Positions 37,667 through 47,919 of a stretch of 64,000 nt of DNA are shown piece after piece. Every line of letters starts with the position of its first letter. Position 1 is the stretch's first letter. The stretch is from a virus (Duplodnaviria; Caudoviricetes). The notes below the pieces were generated by a model that was given only the letters and a program-made list of their open reading frames with translations, made no database searches and was not told the DNA's origin. Where the stretch lies: positions 30,646-94,645 of the IMG/VR virus record IMGVR_UViG_3300020576_006344; one strand, given 5' to 3'. Position numbers and translations under genes: made by a program.

Positions 37667-39419
37667 TTCTATTGAGTTGAAGTCCTATAACATCATAGAA
37701 CTCGCTTACCTTCATACCAGTCAATGACTGGAAGTACTGTCCGCCTCTTCCATCATAAGGAATAGGATGCTTCTTCGTGTTCAAGCTCACAGCGTGGTAC
37801 ACGAATGCTCTCTTTGAGTTGATGAACTTGAAGCCCTCGTGCAGTTTGTACAATCTGTAGGCGTACCAGTCATCCAAAGCTCGTCCCTGAGCATCCACCC
37901 ACTTCATGTCCATGCCATCAGAATATCCGTTGATGGCCAAAAAATCCTCTGTCCTGCACAGGATGGGATGGTTGTACCTGACGTCCTCTTTGGTGGCATA
38001 TTTGCCGCTTTGTACGTTACGGACGAACAATTCATGAGCCCCGCTGGAGAAAAAATCGATACTGTCATAGAGGTCCCAACCGTTCAAAATGGGCTCCACC
38101 AGACACGCCGAGGCAGAGGCGGGATAGTTAGCTTCTACATCGTCTATCAAAGCTGTGTCCCATCCATCGGAATACAACATGTCGGAGGACACCACCGAAA
38201 CATAGCGATGACCCTGCTCCTTGATGTACGGAATGGCCAGATCAAGTCCGCTAACGTTGAGATTTTCTGGGTGATCAATGTGTTTCACTCCGAGCGCATC
38301 CAAATACGCGATGGACTCGGGGTCCGCCTCGTTCAGGATGACGATCAACTCCGAGTCCTTGCTGGAGGACGCCAAAAGGGACGGCACGCACACCCTGAGC
38401 AGTTCTGGCGCTTTCCAGCAAGGCAGTAGAATGGCATGTTTGCGGGAGGTTTTCTCCTTCCAGTAATCGATGACCTCCTGAATGATCTCATCGATACCCT
38501 TGGTGGGCCTCCATCCAAGACGCAGTTCAATCTTGTTGGAATTGGCTATCTTCTCAGGTGCCTCCTCGAACAATTTGCCGTGAAGGTCCTTGGGGTCCAC
38601 ATGGACAACGTTGGACGAGGAGTCGGTCAACTCCTTCACGCGCACAGCGAGGTCCTTGATGCTTTGTTCGTTGTTCTTGTTGCCGATGTTCCACTCCTGA
38701 TTCCACTGAGCGGGAGGCGCAACGGAGGTCAGGTAAATACCATCGACCACGTCATTCACCCACGTGAAACTGCGTATCTGGTCACCACTGTAGTACACTG
38801 TGATGTCCTCTCCACGCAAGGCTTGCAGGACAAAGCGTGGAAGAACGAACCCGTTGTCAGGGGTCTGGTATCGGCCAGTGATGTTGAATGGGCGTATCAA
38901 TTGGTACTTGAACTCGCTCTTGACCTTACCTGTGTTGGAAATAACGATCTCACCTAACATCTTGGCCACAGAGTATTCGCCGCGCACGGTGAAATCCCCG
39001 TGGGTGACCTTGTCATCATGCTCCTGCAAGTATGACTTCTCCTTTCTCCAGCCGTATATCTCACTTGTGGAGATGAAGATGACTGGACAATCGTTCTTGA
39101 GCGCGCCATCGACTACCCAGTACACATCCTTCAAGATGGTGTTGGCCATGTTCCCCGCATGCTTCAGAACGCCTACTGGACCGACAATGGAAGCATAGTG
39201 GAGAATGAGGTCGAACTTCGGAAGATCATCCCACTTCACATCCACTATGTCACTGATGATGACGTCAGCCCCGGAACATGCCGGGTGGCTCTTGCCGACT
39301 ACGTTGGAGCTAAGATTGTCAATAACCGTGATGTCCCAGCCGTTGGAACGCCATTTTTCTATTGAATGAACACCAAGGAATCCAAGTCCACCAGTGATCA
39401 GAACGCGTTTTTTGTGCAT
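37653..39419 (-). CDS. NAD-dependent epimerase/dehydratase fused to a GT2-like domain
   Basis: ITGGLGFLG, STSEIYG, YSVAK, RPFNITG; C-terminal AILLPCW...SSDM domain. Confidence 0.85.
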   Translation of the reverse strand: MHKKRVLITGGLGFLGVHSIEKWRSNGWDITVIDNLSSNVVGKSHPACSGADVIISDIVDVKWDDLPKFDLILHYASIVGPVGVLKHAGNMANTILKDVYWVVDGALKNDCPVIFISTSEIYGWRKEKSYLQEHDDKVTHGDFTVRGEYSVAKMLGEIVISNTGKVKSEFKYQLIRPFNITGRYQTPDNGFVLPRFVLQALRGEDITVYYSGDQIRSFTWVNDVVDGIYLTSVAPPAQWNQEWNIGNKNNEQSIKDLAVRVKELTDSSSNVVHVDPKDLHGKLFEEAPEKIANSNKIELRLGWRPTKGIDEIIQEVIDYWKEKTSRKHAILLPCWKAPELLRVCVPSLLASSSKDSELIVILNEADPESIAYLDALGVKHIDHPENLNVSGLDLAIPYIKEQGHRYVSVVSSDMLYSDGWDTALIDDVEANYPASASACLVEPILNGWDLYDSIDFFSSGAHELFVRNVQSGKYATKEDVRYNHPILCRTEDFLAINGYSDGMDMKWVDAQGRALDDWYAYRLYKLHEGFKFINSKRAFVYHAVSLNTKKHPIPYDGRGGQYFQSLTGMKVSEFYDVIGLQLNRNGCV

Positions 39420-39420
39420 A

Positions 39421-40299
39421 TCATGACTGACGCTCTATTACAAAGGGTGTGGACTTGTCTATTATCTGCGCTGCCCAATTGATCCTACTGAATTTTTGTA
39501 CTGTATTCCGACCGTGTTCGGCTATGCTCTTTCTTTCCTCATCATGCGCGAGATAGTACTCTATCTTTTCCCTTAATTCATCAGCATCAAGGAATATAGC
39601 GAAGTCCTTTCCCACTTCAAAATCTTGCTCCATGTTGGGCCATGGTTCAGTAAGCAAGAAGCCTCCGCTGGCAAGCACCTTGTACACTCGATCGGAACAG
39701 CCCCCTTCGGTGAAGTTCAGATTGATCTTCGTGGAACACACAGCGCGTGAGTGGTCCTCGCCATATGCGTTATGGACCACAGGAAAGCCTATCTTTTGAT
39801 GGTAATCCGCGCGCTTCTGGGAGCGCAGGTTGCCTATGAATGAAATGTCCTTGACGGGCCAGTCGGTCTCTATGGGGAAGTTCTGCAAGTGGTCATATCC
39901 CTCTTGCAGGAAGTGTGAGTTGACATTGATGCGCAGTGAGTGTTGATAAGGGTCCCATAGTCCACAGAACACCACATCGCTGTGTTTCACGCGTTGCTCT
40001 ATGTCATAGCTGTAGTTGCTCATGGGGTCCATGTACCAATAGGACACGACCGACCCCATGTCCTTTATGGCGCTCCATGCCCTAAGCTCTATCTCGTGAC
40101 ACTTGGAGAACAGCACGATGTCGGGCTTCTCTTCTCGTACGATATCAAGCAGCTTGTCGCAAGTTGCTGGCCACCCTATATGCGGCGCAAAGTCCCTGAG
40201 AGGGAAGCGTATCACTTCATGTCCCAATTGCTCGAAGCCACCGGCTTGGGCATAATTCGTTGATGCCTTGGTGAATACGGCTGAAAATAGAACCTTCAT
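39421..40299 (-). CDS. CgeB-like GT-B glycosyltransferase
   Basis: DISFIGN, KINLNF...SDRVYKVLASGGFLLTE. Confidence 0.85.
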   Translation of the reverse strand: MKVLFSAVFTKASTNYAQAGGFEQLGHEVIRFPLRDFAPHIGWPATCDKLLDIVREEKPDIVLFSKCHEIELRAWSAIKDMGSVVSYWYMDPMSNYSYDIEQRVKHSDVVFCGLWDPYQHSLRINVNSHFLQEGYDHLQNFPIETDWPVKDISFIGNLRSQKRADYHQKIGFPVVHNAYGEDHSRAVCSTKINLNFTEGGCSDRVYKVLASGGFLLTEPWPNMEQDFEVGKDFAIFLDADELREKIEYYLAHDEERKSIAEHGRNTVQKFSRINWAAQIIDKSTPFVIERQS

Positions 40300-40934
40300 T
40301 CGAATGCGTATACTATGCTTGTTTCAAGATAATCTGCTCTTGAGTTTATCCATTTGGCATCGAACTGCCCGCCGATGTATGAGAGATACGCTGTCACGGC
40401 CGGGAAGTTCCTCTTCTGATAGTCGTGCCATATGATGAGGCCTCCTTCCCTGAGCATTTTCACGGCATTCTCCGTGTCGGCGCTGATCTCGCTCCATTCG
40501 TGCCCTCCGTCGATCAACACCGCATCGAACGTGCCCAGCATGTCTTCGCTTGGAACATAGTCCTTGGAGTCCACAAGCACCTCTGTGATACGATCGTAAA
40601 CACCCATGGACTTCCATCTATCATGCGACACGGCGCTGTTGGATGTCTCATAGGTCTTCAGAGGAGTGGGCAGGTCCAGAGTCCAGATGTGGGCCTCGGG
40701 ATTGGACGCTGCCAATTGTAACGTGGTCATACCATCACATCTGCCGAACTCGAAGATCCTCTTGGGCTTCATGCATTGCACCATTCTCGATACGATGCTC
40801 AGTTCAAGCATCGACATCTGACCATACGATTGGGGCATGTCATGCAACAAGCTTACAGAGCGTTGCGCGAATCCATCAAAATCAACGTTGAGTTGGCTAT
40901 AGCTTACTTCCTTAGGTTTGGTCAGGTGCATCAT
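40296..40934 (-). CDS. Class I SAM methyltransferase (Methyltransf_24-like)
   Basis: IFEFGRCDG, FDAVLIDGGH, GGLIIWHD. Confidence 0.85.
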   Translation of the reverse strand: MMHLTKPKEVSYSQLNVDFDGFAQRSVSLLHDMPQSYGQMSMLELSIVSRMVQCMKPKRIFEFGRCDGMTTLQLAASNPEAHIWTLDLPTPLKTYETSNSAVSHDRWKSMGVYDRITEVLVDSKDYVPSEDMLGTFDAVLIDGGHEWSEISADTENAVKMLREGGLIIWHDYQKRNFPAVTAYLSYIGGQFDAKWINSRADYLETSIVYAFE

Positions 40935-41766
40935 CAATATACGGGTGCTTCAAAAATTCATCGATAGAATCAACTATGCTCTCCACTGGCGGGTCCCATC
41001 CAGAGAACAGGCTCATATCATCACTCGCTACAAGAATGCATTTCGTGTCGAATGGATTCCACCACTTCTCATATCTCAAGCGATTGATCCCGGATGTCCA
41101 CACAAGATGCGGGGCGCCGCAGAGCGATGCCAAATGCATTGGTCCGCTGCTGGGGCCCACAACGAGTCTTGAGTTGCACATGTGAGATACGAGCATTGAC
41201 AAGGGTATGTTCCGCAAGTCGATCGTGTTGTCGAATTCCGGGACATCCTTGTTACCAATGATAGCGACGGAGTATCGTAAACTCAATGAGGCTATACATT
41301 CCTCCCACTTCTCTTTGCTCCAGTTGCGGTGCGTGTCCTGAGGTTTGTTGCGGGGATGCAGGAGGATGTCTATCTTCTCTGTCGGGAGCGACGCAGTGTA
41401 CTTGTGGAAGACCTGTTTCTCGAAGAGTCCGTAGGGGTCATAGGCGTTGTGGCCGTCGTACTTGGCTCCTATGTTGAACTGGCCAGAGAAGTAGACATCG
41501 GCTTTGATAGAGTTGATCAACTCATCTGGCGATGCCTTCATGTTGTTGCACATGTGCAGAGAGGTATGGTTGCCTTGCGGGTCAAACTCATAGAATTTCG
41601 TTGCAAAGTCAGCATACAACACATCGTGTCCGGGGCGGGATATCACGTGCGTCTCCTTGTAAGACTGTGATAGATACCGCAGATAGGCTTGCCAACCGAA
41701 CAGTTCCCAACCGAACTCGCCTACCCATGGACCGGCGAGCAGTATCTTGTCTTTCTTGTCCTCCAT
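40912..41766 (-). CDS. GT9 (heptosyltransferase)-like glycosyltransferase
   Basis: RNWSKEKW, IDLR, VVGPSSGPMHLASLCG; start reassigned to ATG 41766. Confidence 0.75.
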   Translation of the reverse strand: MEDKKDKILLAGPWVGEFGWELFGWQAYLRYLSQSYKETHVISRPGHDVLYADFATKFYEFDPQGNHTSLHMCNNMKASPDELINSIKADVYFSGQFNIGAKYDGHNAYDPYGLFEKQVFHKYTASLPTEKIDILLHPRNKPQDTHRNWSKEKWEECIASLSLRYSVAIIGNKDVPEFDNTIDLRNIPLSMLVSHMCNSRLVVGPSSGPMHLASLCGAPHLVWTSGINRLRYEKWWNPFDTKCILVASDDMSLFSGWDPPVESIVDSIDEFLKHPYIDDAPDQT

Positions 41767-41768
41767 AT

Positions 41769-42692
41769 TCAGTTCATAGTGGCATGCTTCAGGATGCCGA
41801 GTTCTGTTAGTTTGCGGTCGACCAAGCTTTCCAGTAGATGGAACTTGCTGCCTTCTTTGGGCTTCTTGTGACGCCAAGAGGTATTGTGCCAATGCCAAGC
41901 GAACGCCTCCACAAAGAGATGGGTGTCGTCCTTGATGGGCGCATCGAACCATGTCGCTTGTATCTCATTGGCCTTGCCCTTGTACTTCACGTTGATACAC
42001 CACTCGGTGTTGAAGAAAGTGCTTGGTAGCACCGGGAACGGCTTCTCACGGTACATGCGGGCGAACATGTCCTTGCCCCAGCACGTTGTGCCGCCTTGTG
42101 CGGGGCTCTCGGTTATCGCATGCAGCAAACGTGTGCTGAACTCGCTCTGCTTGTGGCAACTGAGCACCGTAGCACACGCACCCTCCTTTCGGAAGTCCGT
42201 CTCGCTACCCCACATGTACATGTACTCCTGATCGAGCAGCGGGCGAAAATCGCGCAAAAGCACGATGTCCATGTCTATGAACACTCCGCCGTATTTGTGG
42301 CATACAAGGATGCGCATGAGATCGCTCTGGAGGTAATGCTTTTCATCCTTGGCGTTCAATAGCTGCCTTCCTTCCATGAGGGTCCCAACAGCTTCCTCAT
42401 GAGGTCGATAGGCGCGTAGCTCTATCAGGTCCTTGAAGGGGGCTACGAACTTGTTGTTCGACAGGTCCATGTCGCTCCACAATATGAGCTTTGTAGCCTT
42501 CAAGTCCTGCGTGGCCAGATACGACTTGATGCACAAGGCCTCTTTGGGGCTCTTCATGTCGGAATAGACATGGAAGTTCACGACATCATCTGGAAGCGGA
42601 TACTCATTGGCATTGATACCGCGCAAGAACTCTAAGCATGCTTCGTAGTCATGATAGAGCGTAGGATGTGTGGAATAGTCGATGTCTATCAT
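41769..42692 (-). CDS. GT32-like (OCH1/DxD sugar-binding) glycosyltransferase
   Basis: SDLMRIL..KYGGVFIDMD, AWHWHN; start ATG 42692. Confidence 0.82.
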   Translation of the reverse strand: MIDIDYSTHPTLYHDYEACLEFLRGINANEYPLPDDVVNFHVYSDMKSPKEALCIKSYLATQDLKATKLILWSDMDLSNNKFVAPFKDLIELRAYRPHEEAVGTLMEGRQLLNAKDEKHYLQSDLMRILVCHKYGGVFIDMDIVLLRDFRPLLDQEYMYMWGSETDFRKEGACATVLSCHKQSEFSTRLLHAITESPAQGGTTCWGKDMFARMYREKPFPVLPSTFFNTEWCINVKYKGKANEIQATWFDAPIKDDTHLFVEAFAWHWHNTSWRHKKPKEGSKFHLLESLVDRKLTELGILKHATMN

Positions 42693-43519
42693 ATGAAGTG
42701 TGACATGATTGATTTGGCTGCACCTTGGAAATGCAAACTGTGGAACTTTATGTCTTCTTCGCGGTCGAGATTCAGACAAAATGGTATGCCGTTTACCATC
42801 CGTACGCTCTTGATTGATAATGTACCATAAGGGCTTGCAACCTCGCGCATCTCGTATTCATCCTTCAAGGAGTTCTCCGATGAATTGATGTTGTGGTCGA
42901 ACGTGGTGTTGTCGATGACCGAGCACAGTGGGGTCACCTCATGCTTCCGTGAAAACAGGTACAGGAGCGTCATGTCGCATACCCCTCCCGGAGCACCGCT
43001 GGTGAGATGGTGCTTATACTTGCTCTTCAGTTCAAAGAACGTTTCCGTCTTGTTCTCGTATGTCTTCATGATGAATCTCCACAGGTCACACAATACGTCA
43101 TAGGTGAACATGGATACATGAGCACTTGCGCTCCACCTGAATTCCGGCTGCTCTATGGGGGTCGAGTAGGCCGCCCCGGTCTCTGGCATGGAGTTCACGT
43201 TCACGTATAGCAACACGTCAGAGTCACAATAGAATACACGGTCATACCTGTTCACCTCCATCAACTTCTTCATGATGCCCCAACGCAGGAAGCACTTCAG
43301 TTCGAAGTCGATGGGGTTCTTGCTCAGATGATGGTACACCTTGATGAACGGCTGAACCTCTTGCTGAAGGTCTTCCATGGCCACCACGGTGACCCCATCC
43401 ATTTCGACCTCTTGGTCGGTCACAAGCACAACGTCCTGATTGAACTTTTTGGCCTGCCTGATGGCCATACGCAGGTATTCCGGAACGGCTCCGTAGTGAA
43501 TGAAAACAACTGGTGTCAT
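42689..43519 (-). CDS. GT-A-like glycosyltransferase
   Basis: CFLRW, VFYCDSDVLLY, CDMT, SLHFQG. Confidence 0.65.
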   Translation of the reverse strand: MTPVVFIHYGAVPEYLRMAIRQAKKFNQDVVLVTDQEVEMDGVTVVAMEDLQQEVQPFIKVYHHLSKNPIDFELKCFLRWGIMKKLMEVNRYDRVFYCDSDVLLYVNVNSMPETGAAYSTPIEQPEFRWSASAHVSMFTYDVLCDLWRFIMKTYENKTETFFELKSKYKHHLTSGAPGGVCDMTLLYLFSRKHEVTPLCSVIDNTTFDHNINSSENSLKDEYEMREVASPYGTLSIKSVRMVNGIPFCLNLDREEDIKFHSLHFQGAAKSIMSHFI

Positions 43520-44334
43520 AGCATCAATTCTATTGAACGTTCGAACCGCTCTGGAGAGAAATACTCCTCATAGGTCTCCGTCATGCGCGTACGCATGGCG
43601 CGTATCTTGTCTTTGGTGAAGCTCTGCGTGAGCGACTGGCCTATCTTGGAAATGCGATTGCTCGGCACTGATATGGATATCTGCGACCAGTCGACCTTCG
43701 TGTGCAGAGGCGGCTTGTAACCATCGGCGATGATGATGGGAATGGCACCCATGGCCATTGATTCGAAGAGGCGGACACTGGAGATGCCGGTGCCTCTTGG
43801 GCACATGGAGAACTCAGAGTCCCCCAACATCTCAATGTAGCGCGCACGATGAGCCTCTTTATCGACGATTGTGGGATCGAGCCCCCAGAGGTGGCCTGAA
43901 TCGAAGCAGTTCTTGGGATACAGGATGGTGAGGCCGCGACGTATCTCATGGGTCTGAACGGACCCCATGAAGGAGAACAGCATGCTGCGCTCCTCCTTCA
44001 TCTTGGATTTGTCCACACAGACCGGAAAGTGGGGTATGGAGATGTAGCCGCTGCCGATGGTGGCATGCGGGGTCGCCACTATCGAATCCTTGTCGAACTT
44101 GAGCCGCTCGGTCAGGATGTGCTGGCACACGAACAGCTTCTTGCCTTCTACGTGGACCTTCTCTATCTCTGCTTGAGTTCCCGGCACCCCGAGCGTGTTG
44201 ATCATGTGGGTCAACGGAAGAGCGCATAGGGTGTACTCGTCGCTCAGGACATTGGACTCCAGCAGGCGATGGAACATCGTCTCCTCGGTGGGTATGTTGG
44301 GGTCGAGCGCGAACTCGCTTGCGTAATACTTCAT
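43516..44334 (-). CDS. Exostosin (GT47) family glycosyltransferase
   Basis: LFSFMGS, SEFSMCPRG...SVRLFESMAMGAIPIIIAD; start ATG 44334. Confidence 0.85.
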   Translation of the reverse strand: MKYYASEFALDPNIPTEETMFHRLLESNVLSDEYTLCALPLTHMINTLGVPGTQAEIEKVHVEGKKLFVCQHILTERLKFDKDSIVATPHATIGSGYISIPHFPVCVDKSKMKEERSMLFSFMGSVQTHEIRRGLTILYPKNCFDSGHLWGLDPTIVDKEAHRARYIEMLGDSEFSMCPRGTGISSVRLFESMAMGAIPIIIADGYKPPLHTKVDWSQISISVPSNRISKIGQSLTQSFTKDKIRAMRTRMTETYEEYFSPERFERSIELML

Positions 44335-45683
44335 GACTTCAATTGGAATGTGAATTCTGTCCCCTGCGAGTTCTTGTCGAGTATTTCGTAACCACTGGAT
44401 ATCAGCTTCTTTATGCAACGATTGGTGTCGTTGATGCTGATGCCGTTGATGCAGAAGTGATGGAACTCCACACAGAGTTGCCGCACACCGATGCACTCAT
44501 CGAGCACATCGTATTCTGCGCCCTCGATGTCCATCTTGATGAGGCTGATGTTGGGATATTGTCGACGTAGCTCGGCAATGCTCATGCACTCCACGTCATA
44601 GCTGTCGTTGGTGACGGATGCATGCCCGGTGAGGAGGGATTCACTGACATGTGATGGATTGGCATTGCGGTACATCTTGACCGTGGTCGTTCCATCTTTG
44701 GCGACCGCCTTCTTGATGAGTTTCAATGGCGGAGCAGGCAAGGCCTCCACATAGTGGTGGCTCTTCTCCGTGGGGTCCACTCCGATGATTGTTACGTCCC
44801 GTTTGGAGGCGAGGTCTTGGCTGAACGAGATGTCCTCTCCGAGCCCAAGGTCGAGCACGACATCGCCGGGATTGACGGCGTTCAGGTTGATGGTCCACCC
44901 GCCGTAATCAGAACCCATGTGGACCTTGTCGTTGGCGGGATTCTTGGTGGCCATGATGAATTGGTCGATGCCCAGTTCGGATGGGAACTCCATGGCGAAC
45001 TTGCTTTGAAGAAGCGGTTCCATACCCACAGGCAAAGGACGATAGCTCTCACTTACCTTCTTGGCCACCACATCCATCAACTCCAACTTCTTCTGGGGCC
45101 CAACAACGTAGTTCGCGTGGTGCATGAACGTCTTCTTGGGCGGCATGAACTTGGTGTCGCCATCCCACACCTTGCCTCCGTTCACATTGCCGATGGTGAA
45201 GTAGGAGTATGGAAGTAGTTGATGGCTGAAGTTGCCCTTAAGCGCATTGAGAGCAAGCTGGTCATTACCGACGCGGTCCATGATCTTCAACACTTCTTGG
45301 AACACCACGCGCATACGTTCATTGGAACGGCAGGCGAAGAACCCAGCGCACAACGTTCCACTATCGCTTTGGGCCACGAGGTCATATTTCGCAATGCGGG
45401 GCTCCATGTCAGGCAGAATGTCAGCGAAGAACTGTATGTCACAATCGGCGTGTATGAACCAGCCACCGAAAGTCTCTTCAATGCTCTCCAGAACATACTC
45501 CACCTTCTTGCGCATGGTCTTGTTCCAGCCTTCCTCCATGAAGTTGCCGGAGCTTTCCTGATCGAACTTCTTGGTCACGAGGTCGAACGAGTTACCCAAA
45601 CGGAACCTGTTGAAAGTCAGAAGGAACCTGTCATACAATTCCTTGTGCGTATCAGTGTAGAAGGTGTATATCTTGGGTTTCAT
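44331..45683 (-). CDS. GT77-like nucleotide-diphospho-sugar transferase fused to a FkbM methyltransferase
   Basis: FIHADCDIQF, LCAGFF, NDQ.ALN, HHANY; then YGGW, LGLGEDISF, KMDIEGAEY; start ATG 45683. Confidence 0.82.
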   Translation of the reverse strand: MKPKIYTFYTDTHKELYDRFLLTFNRFRLGNSFDLVTKKFDQESSGNFMEEGWNKTMRKKVEYVLESIEETFGGWFIHADCDIQFFADILPDMEPRIAKYDLVAQSDSGTLCAGFFACRSNERMRVVFQEVLKIMDRVGNDQLALNALKGNFSHQLLPYSYFTIGNVNGGKVWDGDTKFMPPKKTFMHHANYVVGPQKKLELMDVVAKKVSESYRPLPVGMEPLLQSKFAMEFPSELGIDQFIMATKNPANDKVHMGSDYGGWTINLNAVNPGDVVLDLGLGEDISFSQDLASKRDVTIIGVDPTEKSHHYVEALPAPPLKLIKKAVAKDGTTTVKMYRNANPSHVSESLLTGHASVTNDSYDVECMSIAELRRQYPNISLIKMDIEGAEYDVLDECIGVRQLCVEFHHFCINGISINDTNRCIKKLISSGYEILDKNSQGTEFTFQLKS

Positions 45684-46054
45684 CGATAAAGCATGTCTCT
45701 TAGGTGGCATACGTAGATGCCGACCTCGTCCTCTGGAAATCCGTTCTTCTCGGTCCAATGCACCAGAGAGAACATCGCTCTGCCATTGCTGTCGCACACG
45801 GCAAGTCCGGGGGCACCCTTGTCGATGCCTTGCAGGTTATGGAACCCCAGTTCCTCTATGGGGCATGTGAACACGCAGTGCGGCTCGCCGCCTTCCTCCA
45901 ATCGGATGAACAGGCGGCATTCGCGGATTGACTGCATGATATCGGTCGGAGACATGGAGGTGTATCCGACTAGGTCATTGTCCATCTCAAAGAACACGCG
46001 TGCTCTTTCTCCGCTGACGAACTCAATAAGATTGTCTACGCTTGTATCGTTCAT
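45680..46054 (-). CDS. Hypothetical protein
   Basis: 124 aa, ATGA-coupled on both sides. Confidence 0.65.
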   Translation of the reverse strand: MNDTSVDNLIEFVSGERARVFFEMDNDLVGYTSMSPTDIMQSIRECRLFIRLEEGGEPHCVFTCPIEELGFHNLQGIDKGAPGLAVCDSNGRAMFSLVHWTEKNGFPEDEVGIYVCHLRDMLYR

Positions 46055-47541
46055 GACAGTTGAAGTTCTTTGGCCAATCCGAAGTCTTCGGCCAACCTCT
46101 TCTGGAACAGATCGTGGTCGTCTTTGATGTATTCCTCGTTCTTCGTGTAGAGGTCATCCATCTCGCCATATCCCCATGCCCAATGCTGGTGTTCTATGAT
46201 GCACAATGAGTTATAGTGGACCTTGCCCAAACGCTTGGACACCTCCATGAAGTCGTTGTCACAGTAGAGACTCTTGTATCCGGGCCAATAGATGTGGCCG
46301 AATCGGTCGTAGTAGGTTTTGCCGAGGATGCACAGCGTGTTCAGTTCTGCGCCCTTATGACCATCGTTGTACCACAGTACGCCATCGAGGTCAGGGAAGT
46401 GGTTCTTCATGTCCTTGCGGATGAGCATGTCGAAACCCTTCATTTTGGGGATCATGTCGTCGCTCACGAGCACCACGATGTCCCACGGGTCAGCTTGATC
46501 CATGTCGCGATTGACCGCGTGTATCTTCCCCTGCGAGGTTCCCGCCACCAGCTTGGTATTGGGGAAGGCATCGACGGCCGCCTTGATCGCATCCGTATTG
46601 AGGATGTCATCGTCCTCATCGATGCTTATGAGGAACTGGAAGTCATCCTTGTTGATGAGGTTCTCGTGGTACTTCTTCAGCGTCGATAGGAACTTCTCCT
46701 CGCGTCCGCGAGCCGGATACTTGAACAGGATCCTCTGTTTCTTCCATTGGTTTATCTCGGTGATCATGTCCTTGAATGGATAGAAGTGCAATTCTGGTTG
46801 GGGCCCATCCAGCACGATGGGCAATGGATTGTCGCTCATAAGAGCATCATGCGCGCGCTGCATGACGGCCGCACGTTCGTTCGGTATCAACAAAGGGTCA
46901 ATCGATACGGCGCGGCTCTCGACGAAGGACGACATGAGTTTCTTCGGGAAGTTCATGTAGACCTGAAGACCCTCCTCCAGTTCATCGTAGGAATGGATCT
47001 GGCCGAGCTTTTTGATCATCCGGTACATGTCCTTGACCCGGAAGTAGTGGCCATGGACCGACAAGGGTCCGGAAAAGTCCACGTAGTGCTTGTCCCAATC
47101 CCACTTCATGGTGTGCTCGTTCTCCGATAACGGGACGACCTTGTTGTTCATCCCCACCATGGAGTTGCGAACGATGTTCTTGCCCAACCTCAACGAGAAC
47201 GAGAACATCATGGGGTCCTTGAACTCCTCCTCAATGGCACCCTCATCGACATCCGACACCAGCATCTCGTCGGTCGTCAATAGGCACACGAGATCTTCGG
47301 GTTCGTGCTTCTCCAAAAGCGACAGGACCCTGTCGGACAAACAACCTTCGGATATGAACTCTTTGACGCAGCGATTGTCAGGGTCAAAGAGGTTGGCGGC
47401 CCTGTTGTAGGGCACACAATCAAGGGCATCGCGCACAGGAATGAGCACATGGTACTTGACGGGGAGATGCTTCTCCGCTCGGAGCATGAACTCCTTGAGC
47501 TTGAAGGCCTCGTACTCAGAGAATAGGATATGCCGTATCAT
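46051..47541 (-). CDS. Two-domain GT2-like glycosyltransferase
   Basis: C-terminal KYPARGR...ISIDEDD...GKIHAVNR...SDDM...YCDND; N-terminal divergent GT-A domain (TTDEM). Confidence 0.8.
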   Translation of the reverse strand: MIRHILFSEYEAFKLKEFMLRAEKHLPVKYHVLIPVRDALDCVPYNRAANLFDPDNRCVKEFISEGCLSDRVLSLLEKHEPEDLVCLLTTDEMLVSDVDEGAIEEEFKDPMMFSFSLRLGKNIVRNSMVGMNNKVVPLSENEHTMKWDWDKHYVDFSGPLSVHGHYFRVKDMYRMIKKLGQIHSYDELEEGLQVYMNFPKKLMSSFVESRAVSIDPLLIPNERAAVMQRAHDALMSDNPLPIVLDGPQPELHFYPFKDMITEINQWKKQRILFKYPARGREEKFLSTLKKYHENLINKDDFQFLISIDEDDDILNTDAIKAAVDAFPNTKLVAGTSQGKIHAVNRDMDQADPWDIVVLVSDDMIPKMKGFDMLIRKDMKNHFPDLDGVLWYNDGHKGAELNTLCILGKTYYDRFGHIYWPGYKSLYCDNDFMEVSKRLGKVHYNSLCIIEHQHWAWGYGEMDDLYTKNEEYIKDDHDLFQKRLAEDFGLAKELQLS

Positions 47542-47553
47542 ACGTATACGGCT

Positions 47554-47561
47554 CAAATATA
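47554..47561 (-). promoter_or_regulatory. Bacteroidota-type -7 element TATATTTG heading the glycosylation cluster
   Basis: Exact TAnnTTTG 12 nt upstream of ATG 47541. Confidence 0.55.
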
Positions 47562-47589
47562 GGAAGAAAAGAAAGAATAATCTAGCTCC

Positions 47590-47919
47590 TCAGTTCAGAA
47601 GAGGATCGATGATAGCACTGAGCTTTTCCAAGTTCTGTATGCCCACCAACCGCTCCTTCACTTCTCCGTTCTTGATGAAGAACAGGTTAGGGATGCCCTT
47701 CACGTTGTAGGGTGGTGTGCGGCCGAGTTCCCCGTTCTTGTCGACATCGACCTTCACCACGATGATGTCCTCGTACTTCTCGGCGAGCTTGTCTATCACG
47801 GGGGACAGGTTCCGGCAAGGGCCGCACCAATCAGCGTAGAAATCAACGATTATGACCTTGTCCTGAGTATCCACCAGTTCTTGAAAGTTGGCTGATGTAC
47901 CCTGAAAGAGATTGTCCAT
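47590..47919 (-). CDS. trxA: Thioredoxin
   Basis: DFYADWCGPC, GIP; TATTTA 20 nt upstream. Confidence 0.95.
   Translation of the reverse strand: MDNLFQGTSANFQELVDTQDKVIIVDFYADWCGPCRNLSPVIDKLAEKYEDIIVVKVDVDKNGELGRTPPYNVKGIPNLFFIKNGEVKERLVGIQNLEKLSAIIDPLLN

Noticed and set aside
31249-47556. Apparent long overlaps between cluster genes in the ORF track
   Set aside because: They are upstream extensions; downstream ATGs give ordinary short overlaps.
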